Part shown: piece after piece, positions 10,896 to 20,961 of the stretch
Layout of the letters: each line of letters opens with the position of its first letter
How positions within the stretch are numbered: position 1 is the first letter of the stretch
NCBI GenBank assembly: GCA_000004985.1
Contig: GG738893.1
DNA from: Naegleria gruberi
Taxonomy: Eukaryota
Length of the DNA: 64,000 nucleotides
Direction: 5' to 3' (one strand)
Made by a program: the position numbers and the translations under genes
Notes under the pieces: model-generated
The model's database searches: none
What the model saw: only the letters and a program-made list of their open reading frames with translations
Told to the model about the DNA's origin: nothing

Positions 10896-12181
10896 TTGAA
10901 CTTTTTGTTCAAACCAAAAAAAATGGCTCCACATGCAACTTTATTCTCATCACTTCCCTATGAAATATTCCAACATATTTTATCGTTTGGAGCTGATAGC
11001 GAATTGAAAAATCCATCAAGTAGAAATTCAGATATCCGAATGGTTGCCAAATTTCAATCAATTAATAAGAAAATTTCGAATATGAAGGAAATGCAAGATT
11101 ATTTCAATGCCTTTTGGTGGAAAGTATTCGAAAAGAATTTTGGAATTGGTCAATTATTTGGAAATGATTTGGAGAAACTTCGATTACGAATGATTAAACG
11201 AGACGAAATGAAGAGGAAAATTTTATTAGCAAGTTATATCAAATTTAAACTTTACAAACGACCAAAATATGATCCTAATGCACAACAACAACAAGAGGAA
11301 GTTAAAATAATAGTGCTTGGGGAAGGAGGAGTGGGTGAGTAATAATAATTCTATTATTCGATTCTAATAGAATTTTATTATGGACCTATTTATTTCACAT
11401 TTACCATAATTATGAAAATAAGGAAAATCTGCAATAACCATTTTCTTTATTCAGCATATTTTTATTACTGAATACGATCCGACAATTGAGGATACATACA
11501 GAAAGTATTTTAGGGTTGATGAAGAGCCAGCCATGGTAGAAATTCTCGATACTGCAGGTGAGTTTTTGTAATGTTTGGCAATAATTATGATTAACTAATT
11601 TTGATGATAACTATTAGGACCTGAGGAGTTTTCTAGTAAGTAAATTTAATTAGAAACTCGACTAATATTATGTTAGCATGGAGAGGTAAGAGATTTTATT
11701 TGGGATTGTAATATAATTCAATTAATAATACCTCTTAATAGATCAATATATGAGAGTTGGAGATGCATTTGTAATTGTATGTTCTTCAAGTGATGAAAAC
11801 TCTGTATCAGATATGCGTAGACACGTAGAGAACATGTTACGTTGCAAAGATGTTGAAGTTAATGATAGGCCTGTGGTGTTTGTTTTAAACAAGATGGATT
11901 TATTGGTTAGTGCCAATAGAAATGAAACAATTGATCGTTTTAGACAAGAAGTTAATTCAATTGTTTCAGATAATTCATTATTGAACTATTCCATTATTGA
12001 ATGTAGCGCCAAAAATGGAGAAAACATCGATGCCATATTTGAGGAAACTGTTAGAAAGCAAAGACTTGGTGGAATTGATAATCTTACTTTATTGAAAGGA
12101 TGCATTGAACAAGACATCTCATACATTGAGGAATGTAAAAAGAGGGTACAAGTCAAAAAGAAGAAATGCTCAATAATGTAA
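10896..12181 (+). CDS. Ras-family small GTPase with CAAX box (CSIM) and a ~145-aa N-terminal extension carrying an F-box-like motif. Five exons: 10896..11334, 11423..11557, 11618..11635, 11677..11685 (9-nt micro-exon, tentative), 11742..12181
   Basis: Splicing reconstitutes G1 to G5 in order: [11 protein letters not shown]|[46 protein letters not shown]|GPEEFS|TWR|[13 protein letters not shown]...FVLNKMDL...[18 protein letters not shown]...KKKKCSIM*. Compare H-Ras GAGGVGKSALTIQ...[13 protein letters not shown]...[24 protein letters not shown]...NKCDL...ETSAK...CVLS. Introns are 88, 60, 41 and 56 bp with GTGAGT/GTAAGT donors. The N-terminal exon has [12 protein letters not shown] (F-box-like). 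Confidence 0.7.
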
Positions 12182-12246
12182 AGAATTAATAATAAATAAT
12201 TTTTAATTTGGACCTAGTTCATAAACCTTTATTTAATATTTTAGAT

Positions 12247-12365
12247 GGCTACGGCCATATCACGATGAATGCACCTCATCCCGTCCGATTTGAGAAGTTA
12301 AGCATCGTCGAGCCACATCAGTACTGAGGTTGGAGACAACTTGGGAACCTGTGGCGCTGTAGTCT
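12247..12365 (+). rRNA. 5S ribosomal RNA, solitary copy followed by a TTTT Pol III terminator
   Basis: GGCTACGGCCATATCACGATGAATGCACCTCATCCCGTCCGATTTGAGAAGTTAAGCATCGTCGAGCCACATCAGTACTGAGGTTGGAGACAACTTGGGAACCTGTGGCGCTGTAGTC TTTT. The 5' GGCUACGGC pairs with 3' GCUGUAGUC (helix I). The conserved AAGUUAAGC loop C region and the GUACU.GG...GGGAA segment are present. Confidence 0.85.
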
Positions 12366-12372
12366 TTTGCTC

Positions 12373-13117
12373 TTATTTGGTTTGCTTACAAGGAATATGA
12401 TTCCTAAGATGCGTACTTAATCTACTATTTATTACTTTTACATTAGAGAAACAATCCCGATCATTCTTATTAAAAGTGAAATAGATGGATTGTAATTGAA
12501 TGAACATCTGATCCACAAACACTGAAAATCCAAGTTCGAATGCCTTCCTCACAGCATCGTTCAAACTAACTTTCTTCAAGATAGTGAGAAATCTGTAGTA
12601 TTGAGTCCAACAATTATTCCAAGAGTATCTCTAATAATTGAAAACCAATCTCCTACTGCATGAAATGTCATCTCATAATTCATTGAAAAACATGGAAGAA
12701 TATACATGCTCTTATCATTTTTTTTGTATCTTTGGATAAGATCTTGTTTCGAATAGAACTTTCAGATCCACCTGGTATCCAAATTTCCTGTTGCCATTCA
12801 ATCGTTTGGAATTGTAAATTTTTTGTAAAAGGATTCAAATCCAGAACGCAAACCATGTGGCTTGTTTCCACACCGAACAAATTCACAAAAGTAACACGTT
12901 CCAACTCCAGCCTCTCCCACCACACAATAAGTGGAAATTTAAATTCAGTAAAGACAGATCGATAGAAATTTAACAATTTCAATTCTGAACTATTCAAAAT
13001 ATGTGAAATTACATTGAGATCTCCCTTCTCAGGATGATCCTGATTTCCTAATTTTAAGGATAATTTTAACAAGTATAATCGGATGAAATATTTTACATTC
13101 CCATATTGGAACATCAT
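12373..13117 (-). CDS. hypothetical protein, probably two exons
   Basis: ORFs 12680..13117 and 12373..12579 are on the same strand. They can be joined by a 62-nt intron if a GTTTTT donor is accepted (…CIFFH|RYSWNNCWTQ…). No family recognised (WWERLELERV, WIPGGSES). Splice junction is unverified. Confidence 0.3.
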
Positions 13118-13646
13118 GATTTTGATGACAATTAAATGAAATTTTCAACTCAGAACAACAACCAGTTGTAAATTCGGAAATTCTATCAAAAGTAACAATA
13201 CACAATTTTTTAATTAAATTGTGAAGGCTAAAACATCAATCGGTTGCAAAAATGGAATAATTTCAGCCCAACAATCTTGATGCATTTTTTTTGTAAAGTT
13301 TAATTATTGAATTCCAATAATAAATTGGATGTAATTTGATAGACAACTTCTTCCACTACTAGCACCTCCTTGAACCAGATGGTGAAGATGATCTTCCACC
13401 ACCACTACTTCCAGCTCCACCTCTAGAACCTCCTCCAGAAGATGATCCACCAGCTCCTCTTGAACCTCCACCACCACGTCCTAAAGTGTTGATGTTATTG
13501 TTATCCTCAATTAATTCTAATCTTTAGCAATTAAGACAGTGTCATTATTCAAAATGAGACTAATTGACAAGTTCAATGTCTTTTGAGAATAAATATAAAA
13601 AAATATTATATAATAAATTAAATTTTATCCGCAATAATTATCACAA

Positions 13647-15317
13647 TTATTTCTTTTCCTTTCCACATAAATTTTTGTGATTTGACCAATCCTGCAATTG
13701 GTGTTCTCTGGAACAGTAATATACAGATCTGCATTTAGAGCATTGTTTTAAATTTTGTGTACTATCACAAATAGCACATGCTTTAACTGGTGCCTTGGAA
13801 AGCATTTTTGTTTCTTCAAAGGTTCCAAGTTTTGATGTGCCTGTTTGGAAATTATAAGAATAGAAATTAGAATCATCCATCTTGGAAACATTACTACGAA
13901 GGGCATTTTGCACACGACGTTTTGCATCTACTTATGAAAAACTGGTTGGATTAAATGATCCTTTTCTTTCAAGGTAATTAGCTGCCTTATTCAAGTGAGA
14001 CATTATTTCAGAATGGCTATCCTTATCTTTGGCAAATGAGGGATTGTTCTTGAAGAGAGTTCCGTAGTAATATATTTGAATGGCATCAGCATATCGATGA
14101 ATAGATCCACAATCTTCTGCTGGGCAACAGTTTTCACCATCTTCAACTGTAATAGTTTGATCATTTGAATCCTCAATATTTTCAACTGTGATTTTGTGTC
14201 TGAATGAATCTCCCAAATCATACATGTAAAACATTTCATCTCCAGTCTAATTACATTGTAGTAAAAAGTAAAAAACACATACCTTTTCAAGTAAATGGAA
14301 TAGTTCAACCTTTGTATCATCTGCAGTGTAAATGTTGTGACTAAACTCGTGCATTTTGTCTACAGCTTGACTGTAAATTGGACCAAATACTAGGTCTGGT
14401 TGTGGCATTCTTTGATTTTTAGAGTCTTTCTTTTCGAATGGGATTTTTCTAAAATAGTAGGCATGATAGTTTCGGCACCATCCAAGAACAGGTGAAATAA
14501 CACGATCTTGCAAACTTTGTAGAGTAATAGAACCAGGTAATTTGACTCTTCTCCAAATGTGTGGTCTAAAGTTCAAAACTTGAATTCTCAACTGGTACAT
14601 TTTGCTTCTGAGATGAGTATTTGGTGAGGCAGTGACTTTCTCCACGAGTTCGTCTGCCTTCCTTTCCAGAACGTCCATTCCACCACTGAACATTAAATTT
14701 TGTCTTGCAAACATGAGCTGTTGAACCTGTTCAATACTCAATTCACTCTGATCTTCTCCTTCCACATAATCATCAACTGAACAGAAAATAGATTCCAAAC
14801 ATTTAGCAATTTGGTTGTGAATTTCACCTTTTTGTGCTTTGGAAATTTCTCCAATATCCAATGCAGATTTTAGTGTCTGCACAACAATTTCTCTAATATT
14901 CTTGATTAATTCTCTTTCCTGCTTATCATCAAACACCTTGTCGTGATCACCCAATTTTGCAAAACTAACAAAAGCTTCACCATACAAAACATATCCAGGA
15001 GCAAAACTTGGTTGATTAATAACACATTCTTGTCCACTATTCAGGGCTTTCAATATAGCCAACCTCTTTTCTTCCTTCTCCGAGAGTTGATCAGCCCTTA
15101 TCAATGAAGCCTTGCATCTAGCTTCAAGCAGGAAGGCAAGGTCATCCTTGCTGATGGCAGAATACTTTTCTACATTGCTGTTGGAAAATACCTCATCTAA
15201 CAAAGCTAGCAGGGAATCAACTTGTTCTGGTTTATCCAGTAGAGAAAGTACCTCCTTCTTCTTTTCCAATACATCGGATGAACTTTGTGGTTTGATCGTA
15301 ACTTTGTATTTGGACAT
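13647..15317 (-). CDS. PRiA4b-ORF3-like domain protein with a C-terminal MYND zinc finger. Exons: 14283..15317, then about 13943..14246 (or read through to 13935), and a MYND exon ending 13647
   Basis: The PRiA4_ORF3 signature reads HIWRRVKLPGSITLQSLQDRVISPVLGWCRNYHAYYF ... (36-bp GTATGT..TTAG intron 14247..14282) ... FYMYDLGDSFRHKITVENIE. Compare family consensus IWRRixVPxxxTLxxLHxVIQxAMGWxxxHLHxF ... YxYDFGDxWxHxI. The downstream MYND finger is CAICDSTQNLKQCSKCRSVYYCSREHQLQDWSNHKNLC. The two parts share a frame but are separated by a single TAA (13932..13934); see findings. Confidence 0.65.
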
Positions 15318-15972
15318 TTTGTTGATTGATAAAAATGATTGAATAATAAACCAAAAAGTTTAGCCTAGTGATGAATCATCAAGCAAAGGTCCTAAAGAAG
15401 CTTGTGTTGAAATTGATGAAACAGATATGTCCTGTTAGAAATCCTCCACTTGAAATTTACCAGAGAGCGAATCAATGCATGTTGTTTTTTCGTTTTTTTT
15501 TAGAAATTAAATAACGGTTACTATTGGCGTTTGACCTAATTTTCACTTTACAATTAGTTAATACTGAAGAGATTTATAGACAAGGAAGGTAATCCAATGA
15601 TTGGATTTGCACCTAACAGTATTAATGTAGATGGATGTAATAATTTTACAAAATGTGGATATTGTTGAATGTGAATTGAAAGATGGGACGTTAATTATGG
15701 AGTTGTCTTACCACAAAATCAACCTGAGCTATTTCCTGCCTTTGATGTCAGTGATGCAAATTGTATCTTTGAACTAACAACAAAATGGATTGTATAGTTG
15801 TTTATGAAATATTTACATGATAATTTTTCATGTATACGAAAAACAAACTGTGTATTATTTTGATGAAAATATTCCAATAATGAATATGACATTGTGAGTT
15901 TACTGTTGGAAGTCTGATTTGTTATTGTGATGAGTTGTCATTTACCAATCAAAAAAAAAACAAGAACAACAA

Positions 15973-17367
15973 ATGACCAAGAAGAAAACAGGAATCATGA
16001 CCAACAACGCACCACCATCATCATCACAAATCAAACAACAAGTGCAAGACACAAAAAACCAAACAAGCCTCCTCAAAAAGCAACTCGACTCTATCGTACA
16101 ACAATATGAACAACAATTGGCAAATTTGGAAAAGTTAGAAACTGCCTTGAATGAGAAGGATGAACAAGTCAAAAGTAGAGAAATTCAAGTCGCTCAAAGG
16201 GAACAATCTGTAAAAGATANNNNNNNNNNNNNNNNNNNNNNNNNNNNNNNNNNNNNNNNNNNNNNNNNNNNNNNNNNNNNNNNNNNNNNNNNNNNNNNNN
16301 NNNNNNNNNNNNNNNNNNNNNNNNNNNNNNNNNNNNNNNNNNNNNNNNNNNNNNNNNNNNNNNNNNNNNNNNNNNNNNNNNNNNNNNNNNNNNNNNNNNN
16401 NNNNNNNNNNNNNNNNNNNNNNNNNNNNNNNNNNNNNNNNNNNNNNNNNNNNNNNNNNNNNNNNNNNNNNNNNNNNNNNNNNNNNNNNNNNNNNNNNNNN
16501 NNNNNNNNNNNNNNNNNNNNNNNNNNNNNNNNNNNNNNNNNNNNNNNNNNNNNNNNNNNNNNNNNNNNNNNNNNNNNNNNNNNNNNNNNNNNNNNNNNNN
16601 NNNNNNNNNNNNNNNNNNNNNNNNNNNNNNNNNNNNNNNNNNNNNNNNNNNNNNNNNNNNNNNNNNNNNNNNNNNNNNNNNNNNNNNNNNNNNNNNNNNN
16701 NNNNNNNNNNNNNNNNNNNNNNNNNNNNNNNNNNNNNNNNNNNNNNNNNNNNNNNNNNNNNNNNNNNNNNNNNNNNNNNNNNNNNNNNNNNNNNNNNNNN
16801 NNNNNNNNNNNNNNNNNNNNNNNNNNNNNNNNNNNNNNNNNNNNNNNNNNNNNNNNNNNNNNNNNNNNNNNNNNNNNNNNNNNNNNNNNNNNNNNNNNNN
16901 NNNNNNNNNNNNNNNNNNNNNNNNNNNNNNNNNNNNNNNNNNNNNNNNNNNNNNNNNNNNNNNNNNNNNNNNNNNNNNNNNNNNNNNNNNNNNNNNNNNN
17001 NNNNNNNNNNNNNNNNNNNNNNNNNNNNNNNNNNNNNNNNNNNNNNNNNNNNNNNNNNNNNNNNNNNNNNNNNNNNNNNNNNNNNNNNNNNNNNNNNNNN
17101 NNNNNNNNNNNNNNNNNNNNNNNNNNNNNNNNNNNNNNNNNNNNNACTAAGAAAACAAACACTTCTGATTTGAATTCAAATGTTTTAGGAACAAAATCAA
17201 ATCATTTCAAAGTTAAACTCATATCTAATTGTAATAGTTTAATGATTGGATTTGCACCTAAAAGTATTAATGTGAACGAAACAAATAATAATACAAAATG
17301 TGGATATTATTTATATACTACTACTGGAACCATTTATTCTCAGAATGGAGAATCAAACAAAAGCTAA
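15973..17367 (+). CDS. coiled-coil protein with a C-terminal SPRY-like segment, copy 1 of a local family; interrupted by a 926-bp N-gap
   Basis: The N-terminus is a Q-rich coiled coil (MTKKKTGIMTNNAPPSSSQIKQQVQDTKNQTSLLKKQLDSIVQQYEQQLANLEKLETALNEKDEQVKSREIQ). The C-terminus after the gap reads HFKVKLISNCNSLMIGFAPKSINVNETNNNTKCGYYLYTTTGTIYSQNGE, which is SPRY-like. The middle is unknown (N-run). Confidence 0.5.
   Translation: MTKKKTGIMTNNAPPSSSQIKQQVQDTKNQTSLLKKQLDSIVQQYEQQLANLEKLETALNEKDEQVKSREIQVAQREQSVKDXXXXXXXXXXXXXXXXXXXXXXXXXXXXXXXXXXXXXXXXXXXXXXXXXXXXXXXXXXXXXXXXXXXXXXXXXXXXXXXXXXXXXXXXXXXXXXXXXXXXXXXXXXXXXXXXXXXXXXXXXXXXXXXXXXXXXXXXXXXXXXXXXXXXXXXXXXXXXXXXXXXXXXXXXXXXXXXXXXXXXXXXXXXXXXXXXXXXXXXXXXXXXXXXXXXXXXXXXXXXXXXXXXXXXXXXXXXXXXXXXXXXXXXXXXXXXXXXXXXXXXXXXXXXXXXXXXXXXXXXXXXXXXXXXXXXXXXXXXXXXXXXXXXXXTKKTNTSDLNSNVLGTKSNHFKVKLISNCNSLMIGFAPKSINVNETNNNTKCGYYLYTTTGTIYSQNGESNKS
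16220..17145. other. assembly gap (926 N)
   Basis: Run of n characters. Confidence 1.
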
Positions 17368-17479
17368 TCAATGAATAATAAAAATTTGTTTATGAATATG
17401 ACTGTAAACTTCTTGAAATAACATTATTGAATAACATGATTTATTCTTATTTTGGCTATCGAGATTAAGTTTATTTCTT

Positions 17480-18973
17480 TTACAGGTCATAAATATCTAC
17501 ATGATCTGCTAAATTCATTTCTCGAATGTATTTTTCACCCTCATCGCTTATATTGTTGTCAACTGCGTTAAGTCTTGTTAATTGCTTCATTCCACTTAGG
17601 GCTTTAACGCCTTCGTCACCAATTTCATTGTAACCTATATCTAGAAAAGTTAATTGTTCCATTTCACTTATAAATTTGGCTCCCTCATCTCCAACAGCAT
17701 TGTGATAGATAGAAAGCTGTGCTAGGTGCTTCATTTCACTGATTTGGTTTGCACTTTTCTCTCCAATATTATTATGAGCAATTATTAGATACGTTAAATT
17801 ATCCATTTTACAGATATATTGTATACCTATTGGTGTAATATCAATACTAGAAACATTAAGTTCAGTTAATTGGTTCATTTCACTTATAGATTGGACTCCG
17901 TTATCCCTAATTCGATTATCAGAAATGTCAAGCTTAATTAAATTTTTCATTTGGCTAATGTGAATAGCCCCGTACGGTGTAATCAAATTTTCAGCTATAG
18001 AAAGATGAGTTAATTGATTAAATGATGAAATGTATTTTGTTCCATCCAATCCAATACAACAACTGTTCACATTAAGATCTGTTAATTGTTTCATTTCTCC
18101 AAAACACTTAACACCGTCATTAATAGAATTAAACCCAATATCGAGTTTCCGTATATTCATCATTTCACTAACATACTTGGCACCGTTCTCGCCTATATTA
18201 TTACTAGCAATATCAAGATTAGTTAATTGTTTCATTCCACTAATAAATTTGGCTCCTTCGTCACAAATATTGTTGCCAACAATTTTAAGACCAGTCAACT
18301 GTTTCATTTCACTAATAAATTTTGCTCCATCCATAGTAATTTCATTGGCACGGATATTAAGAAAAGTCAACTGTTCAAGGCCACTAATATACTTGGCTCC
18401 TTCTGGGCCAATATTATTATTAGCAATATGAAGTTGTTTCAATTGCTTCATTTCACCAATATACTTGGCTCCTTCTACACCAATATAATTACCCGTAATA
18501 AGAAGATAAGTTAGTGATTTCAATGATGGTAAATGTTTAGCAATATCAAATCCAAAATAACAGAAAGTCATATAAAGATCAGTCAATTGTTCCAATGAAC
18601 ATATATACTTGAATCCACTTGGATCAATCTTAGAATTAAATTCTATATTGAGTTTTTTCAATTCTTTCATCGAATCCAATATCTCACAATTAAATCCACC
18701 TTCATTCTCTATCACTCTTAGATTTGCAACATTTTCCAAAAACGGCAATTGACCAACCATTTCCAAATCACTACTACGTGTTATCGAGAGGTGTTTACAT
18801 GAATTTTTAATGACATGAAACCACTGTTTGGAAACCAATGCACACCTCTGTACAATAAATTTAAAATCATCGTGAAAAGATAAAATTTCAAAGAGTGAAT
18901 CGTCAGAGAATAGATTATTTTCTTGTATTTTCGAAAATGAAGAAGTGATGGAATGTTTTGGTTGTGTGATCAT
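17480..18973 (-). CDS. F-box-like / leucine-rich-repeat protein (RNI-type 28-residue LRRs, ~14 repeats)
   Basis: 497-aa ORF. The N-terminus has an F-box-like motif (LFEILSFHDDFKFIVQRCALVSKQWFHVI). Perfect RNI-type LRRs follow, e.g. NNIGPEGAKYISGLEQLTFLNIRANEITMDGAKFISEMKQLTGLKIVGNNICDEGAKFISGMKQLTNLDIASNNIGENGAKYVSEM. Confidence 0.8.
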   Translation of the reverse strand: MITQPKHSITSSFSKIQENNLFSDDSLFEILSFHDDFKFIVQRCALVSKQWFHVIKNSCKHLSITRSSDLEMVGQLPFLENVANLRVIENEGGFNCEILDSMKELKKLNIEFNSKIDPSGFKYICSLEQLTDLYMTFCYFGFDIAKHLPSLKSLTYLLITGNYIGVEGAKYIGEMKQLKQLHIANNNIGPEGAKYISGLEQLTFLNIRANEITMDGAKFISEMKQLTGLKIVGNNICDEGAKFISGMKQLTNLDIASNNIGENGAKYVSEMMNIRKLDIGFNSINDGVKCFGEMKQLTDLNVNSCCIGLDGTKYISSFNQLTHLSIAENLITPYGAIHISQMKNLIKLDISDNRIRDNGVQSISEMNQLTELNVSSIDITPIGIQYICKMDNLTYLIIAHNNIGEKSANQISEMKHLAQLSIYHNAVGDEGAKFISEMEQLTFLDIGYNEIGDEGVKALSGMKQLTRLNAVDNNISDEGEKYIREMNLADHVDIYDL

Positions 18974-19419
18974 TTTTTTTAAATATTAATTTTAATATTT
19001 AAATTAAGCCACATAAAAAATATTCGGAATATTTTTCGGAACCACAAGCGAAGAAAGATGTAAAGCATAACAGTGATTGAATAAATAGAGCAGGTTGTAG
19101 CAAGTTTTTCAAAACAACAAACTTACTGAACCAACAATCAATAGATTCGTTGCCTTCACCGTTCATACAGTCAAAGACTGTAGCGGGACAGTCGCCATAT
19201 TCCTGGCAGGCTTCCCGTCTAAATTATTAAATGAAACAAATAATGGCGCCTTTTTTTGTAGCTACGTTTTCATTTGCATAGTTTCTGATTCTTGAATCAC
19301 AATTCTAAGGAATTCAAATAATATTAAAATTTAATTTTTAAAAGAAAAAACAATATTAATTTACTCATTGCCTGTAAAATAATCATGAAAATATCTAAAT
19401 AATACAAAATGTCTGAGCA

Positions 19420-19469
19420 NNNNNNNNNNNNNNNNNNNNNNNNNNNNNNNNNNNNNNNNNNNNNNNNNN
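19420..19469. other. assembly gap (50 N)
   Basis: Run of n characters. Confidence 1.
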
Positions 19470-19591
19470 GTCAAAGTTTCATTCACATTACTGTGTATAT
19501 ATTTGTTAAATAATAATTCAATATTCACTGATTCAATAATGTGTAAAGATCTATTTGGGATTTGGGTCCACTATACACAAATAGCACCTTC

Positions 19592-20182
19592 ATGATGGAA
19601 GATGCCATTGGAACCATCATTTCAACCATCAAGAACGGTAAAGTCAATATGGATCACAAAGCTTTAGAGGCGTGGGCAATTCATAAAATGATTGAACTTC
19701 GAAAGGTTCGTTCCAATCTATTTCAGTTAGAGAAGGGTAAGTTTTTGGTAAATCTAATTAGTACTATAATAATATTATTATTATTACTAATATTAATTAA
19801 TATTAATACTACAAAATGATGATGTTGATATTGATGAATGTGATGAATAATCATGATGAATGAAATTTTTGAAATTATTGGATAAATTTATAACAGGAGA
19901 TGCAATTCAATGGAATGGAAAGAATTACATGATTACCAAAAAGTAAGTGTTTGTCCAATTCATTAATGATTAACAACAACAAATTGATACCTTTCAATAT
20001 GAATACCATTATTATTATTACTAATATTAACAAGACATTCTGATGGAGGTGGATTTAACATTTTGGATGTGGAATCTCAATTAATATTACAAAGAGCACT
20101 CTTGGATGAAAGTGTAGTGCCTTGCTTTGTTGTAAAGGGTGAATTCGTTCCAATTCATGACAATGATAGATACTTGTTGTAA
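19592..20182 (+). CDS. small (~113 aa) three-exon protein, hypothetical (weak profilin-like C-terminus). Exons 19592..19736, 19897..19942, 20035..20182
   Basis: MMEDAIGTIISTIKNGKVNMDHKALEAWAIHKMIELRKVRSNLFQLEKG|DAIQWNGKNYMITKK|HSDGGGFNILDVESQLILQRALLDESVVPCFVVKGEFVPIHDNDRYLL*. Introns are 160 and 92 bp, both GTAAGT...AG and very A/T-rich. The KKxxDGGGxNI...LIL segment faintly recalls the profilin C-terminus (GKKGSGGITIKK / GKEGVHGGGLN). Confidence 0.45.
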
Positions 20183-20457
20183 CCATTACAATAAAATGTA
20201 ATACTATTTAATATTTAATTTATTTAATTTATTTAATTTTTTTTATAATTAAATCCCAAGCTCACTCCAGAAATGATCTTTTTTTCTTTTTTCTTTTTTT
20301 CTTTTTCTACAACTTTATCATTCTTAACAAGTGAGCCATAGGAAAAACATGAGTGCTCCATCACTCACATTCATTGTGAGAGCTTGGCTGATCCCGAAGA
20401 TCACTTTAAAAAAAAGCTCGTACGGGATTACCAATCAAAAAAAAAACAATAAAGAAC

Positions 20458-20723
20458 AAATGACCAAGAAGAAAACAGGAATCATGACCAACAACGCACC
20501 ACCATCATCATCACAAATCAAACAACAAGTGCAAGAAACAAAAAACCAAACAAGCCTCCTCAAAAAGCAACTCGACTCTATCGTACAACAATATGAACAA
20601 CAATTGGCAAATTTGGAAAAGTTAGAAACAGCCTGAATGAGAAGGATGAACAAGTCAAAAGTAGAGAAATTCAAGTCGCTCAAAGGGAACAATCTGTAAA
20701 AGATGAAGAAAATCAAATGAGAA
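20458..20723 (+). pseudogene. second copy of the 5' end of the coiled-coil/SPRY-like family gene (near-identical to 15973..16219), with a 1-bp deletion and truncated by an N-gap
   Basis: 20440..20723 aligns to 15955..16219 with a few substitutions. The copy reads ...EKLETA* (ttagaaacagcctgaatg) where copy 1 reads ...EKLETALNEK (ttagaaactgccttgaatg), a frameshift. It runs directly into gap 20724..20961. This could be an assembly or sequencing artefact rather than a true pseudogene. Confidence 0.35.
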
Positions 20724-20961
20724 NNNNNNNNNNNNNNNNNNNNNNNNNNNNNNNNNNNNNNNNNNNNNNNNNNNNNNNNNNNNNNNNNNNNNNNNNNNNN
20801 NNNNNNNNNNNNNNNNNNNNNNNNNNNNNNNNNNNNNNNNNNNNNNNNNNNNNNNNNNNNNNNNNNNNNNNNNNNNNNNNNNNNNNNNNNNNNNNNNNNN
20901 NNNNNNNNNNNNNNNNNNNNNNNNNNNNNNNNNNNNNNNNNNNNNNNNNNNNNNNNNNNNN
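20724..20961. other. assembly gap (238 N)
   Basis: Run of n characters. Confidence 1.

Noticed and set aside
12580-12680. Treating the GTTTTT-donor intron in gene 12373..13117 as established
   Set aside because: Only frame continuity supports it, with no homology across the junction. I report it only as a candidate alongside the similar case at 13881..13942.
16194-17162. Long ORFs made of X residues (16194..17162 -, 20713..20964 -, 20717..21001 +) and the X-filled middle of 15973..17367
   Set aside because: They are translations of N-runs (assembly gaps), not sequence.
18030-18514. Plus-strand ORFs 18030..18431 and 18227..18514
   Set aside because: They are antisense to the strongly supported F-box/LRR gene. 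Periodic repeats generate long spurious antisense frames, and they have no start context or homology.
20458-20723. Calling copy 2 of the coiled-coil family a definite pseudogene
   Set aside because: The single-base difference that causes the frameshift sits next to an assembly gap in a collapsed duplicate. A sequencing or assembly error is as likely as real decay, so I kept it as a low-confidence call.
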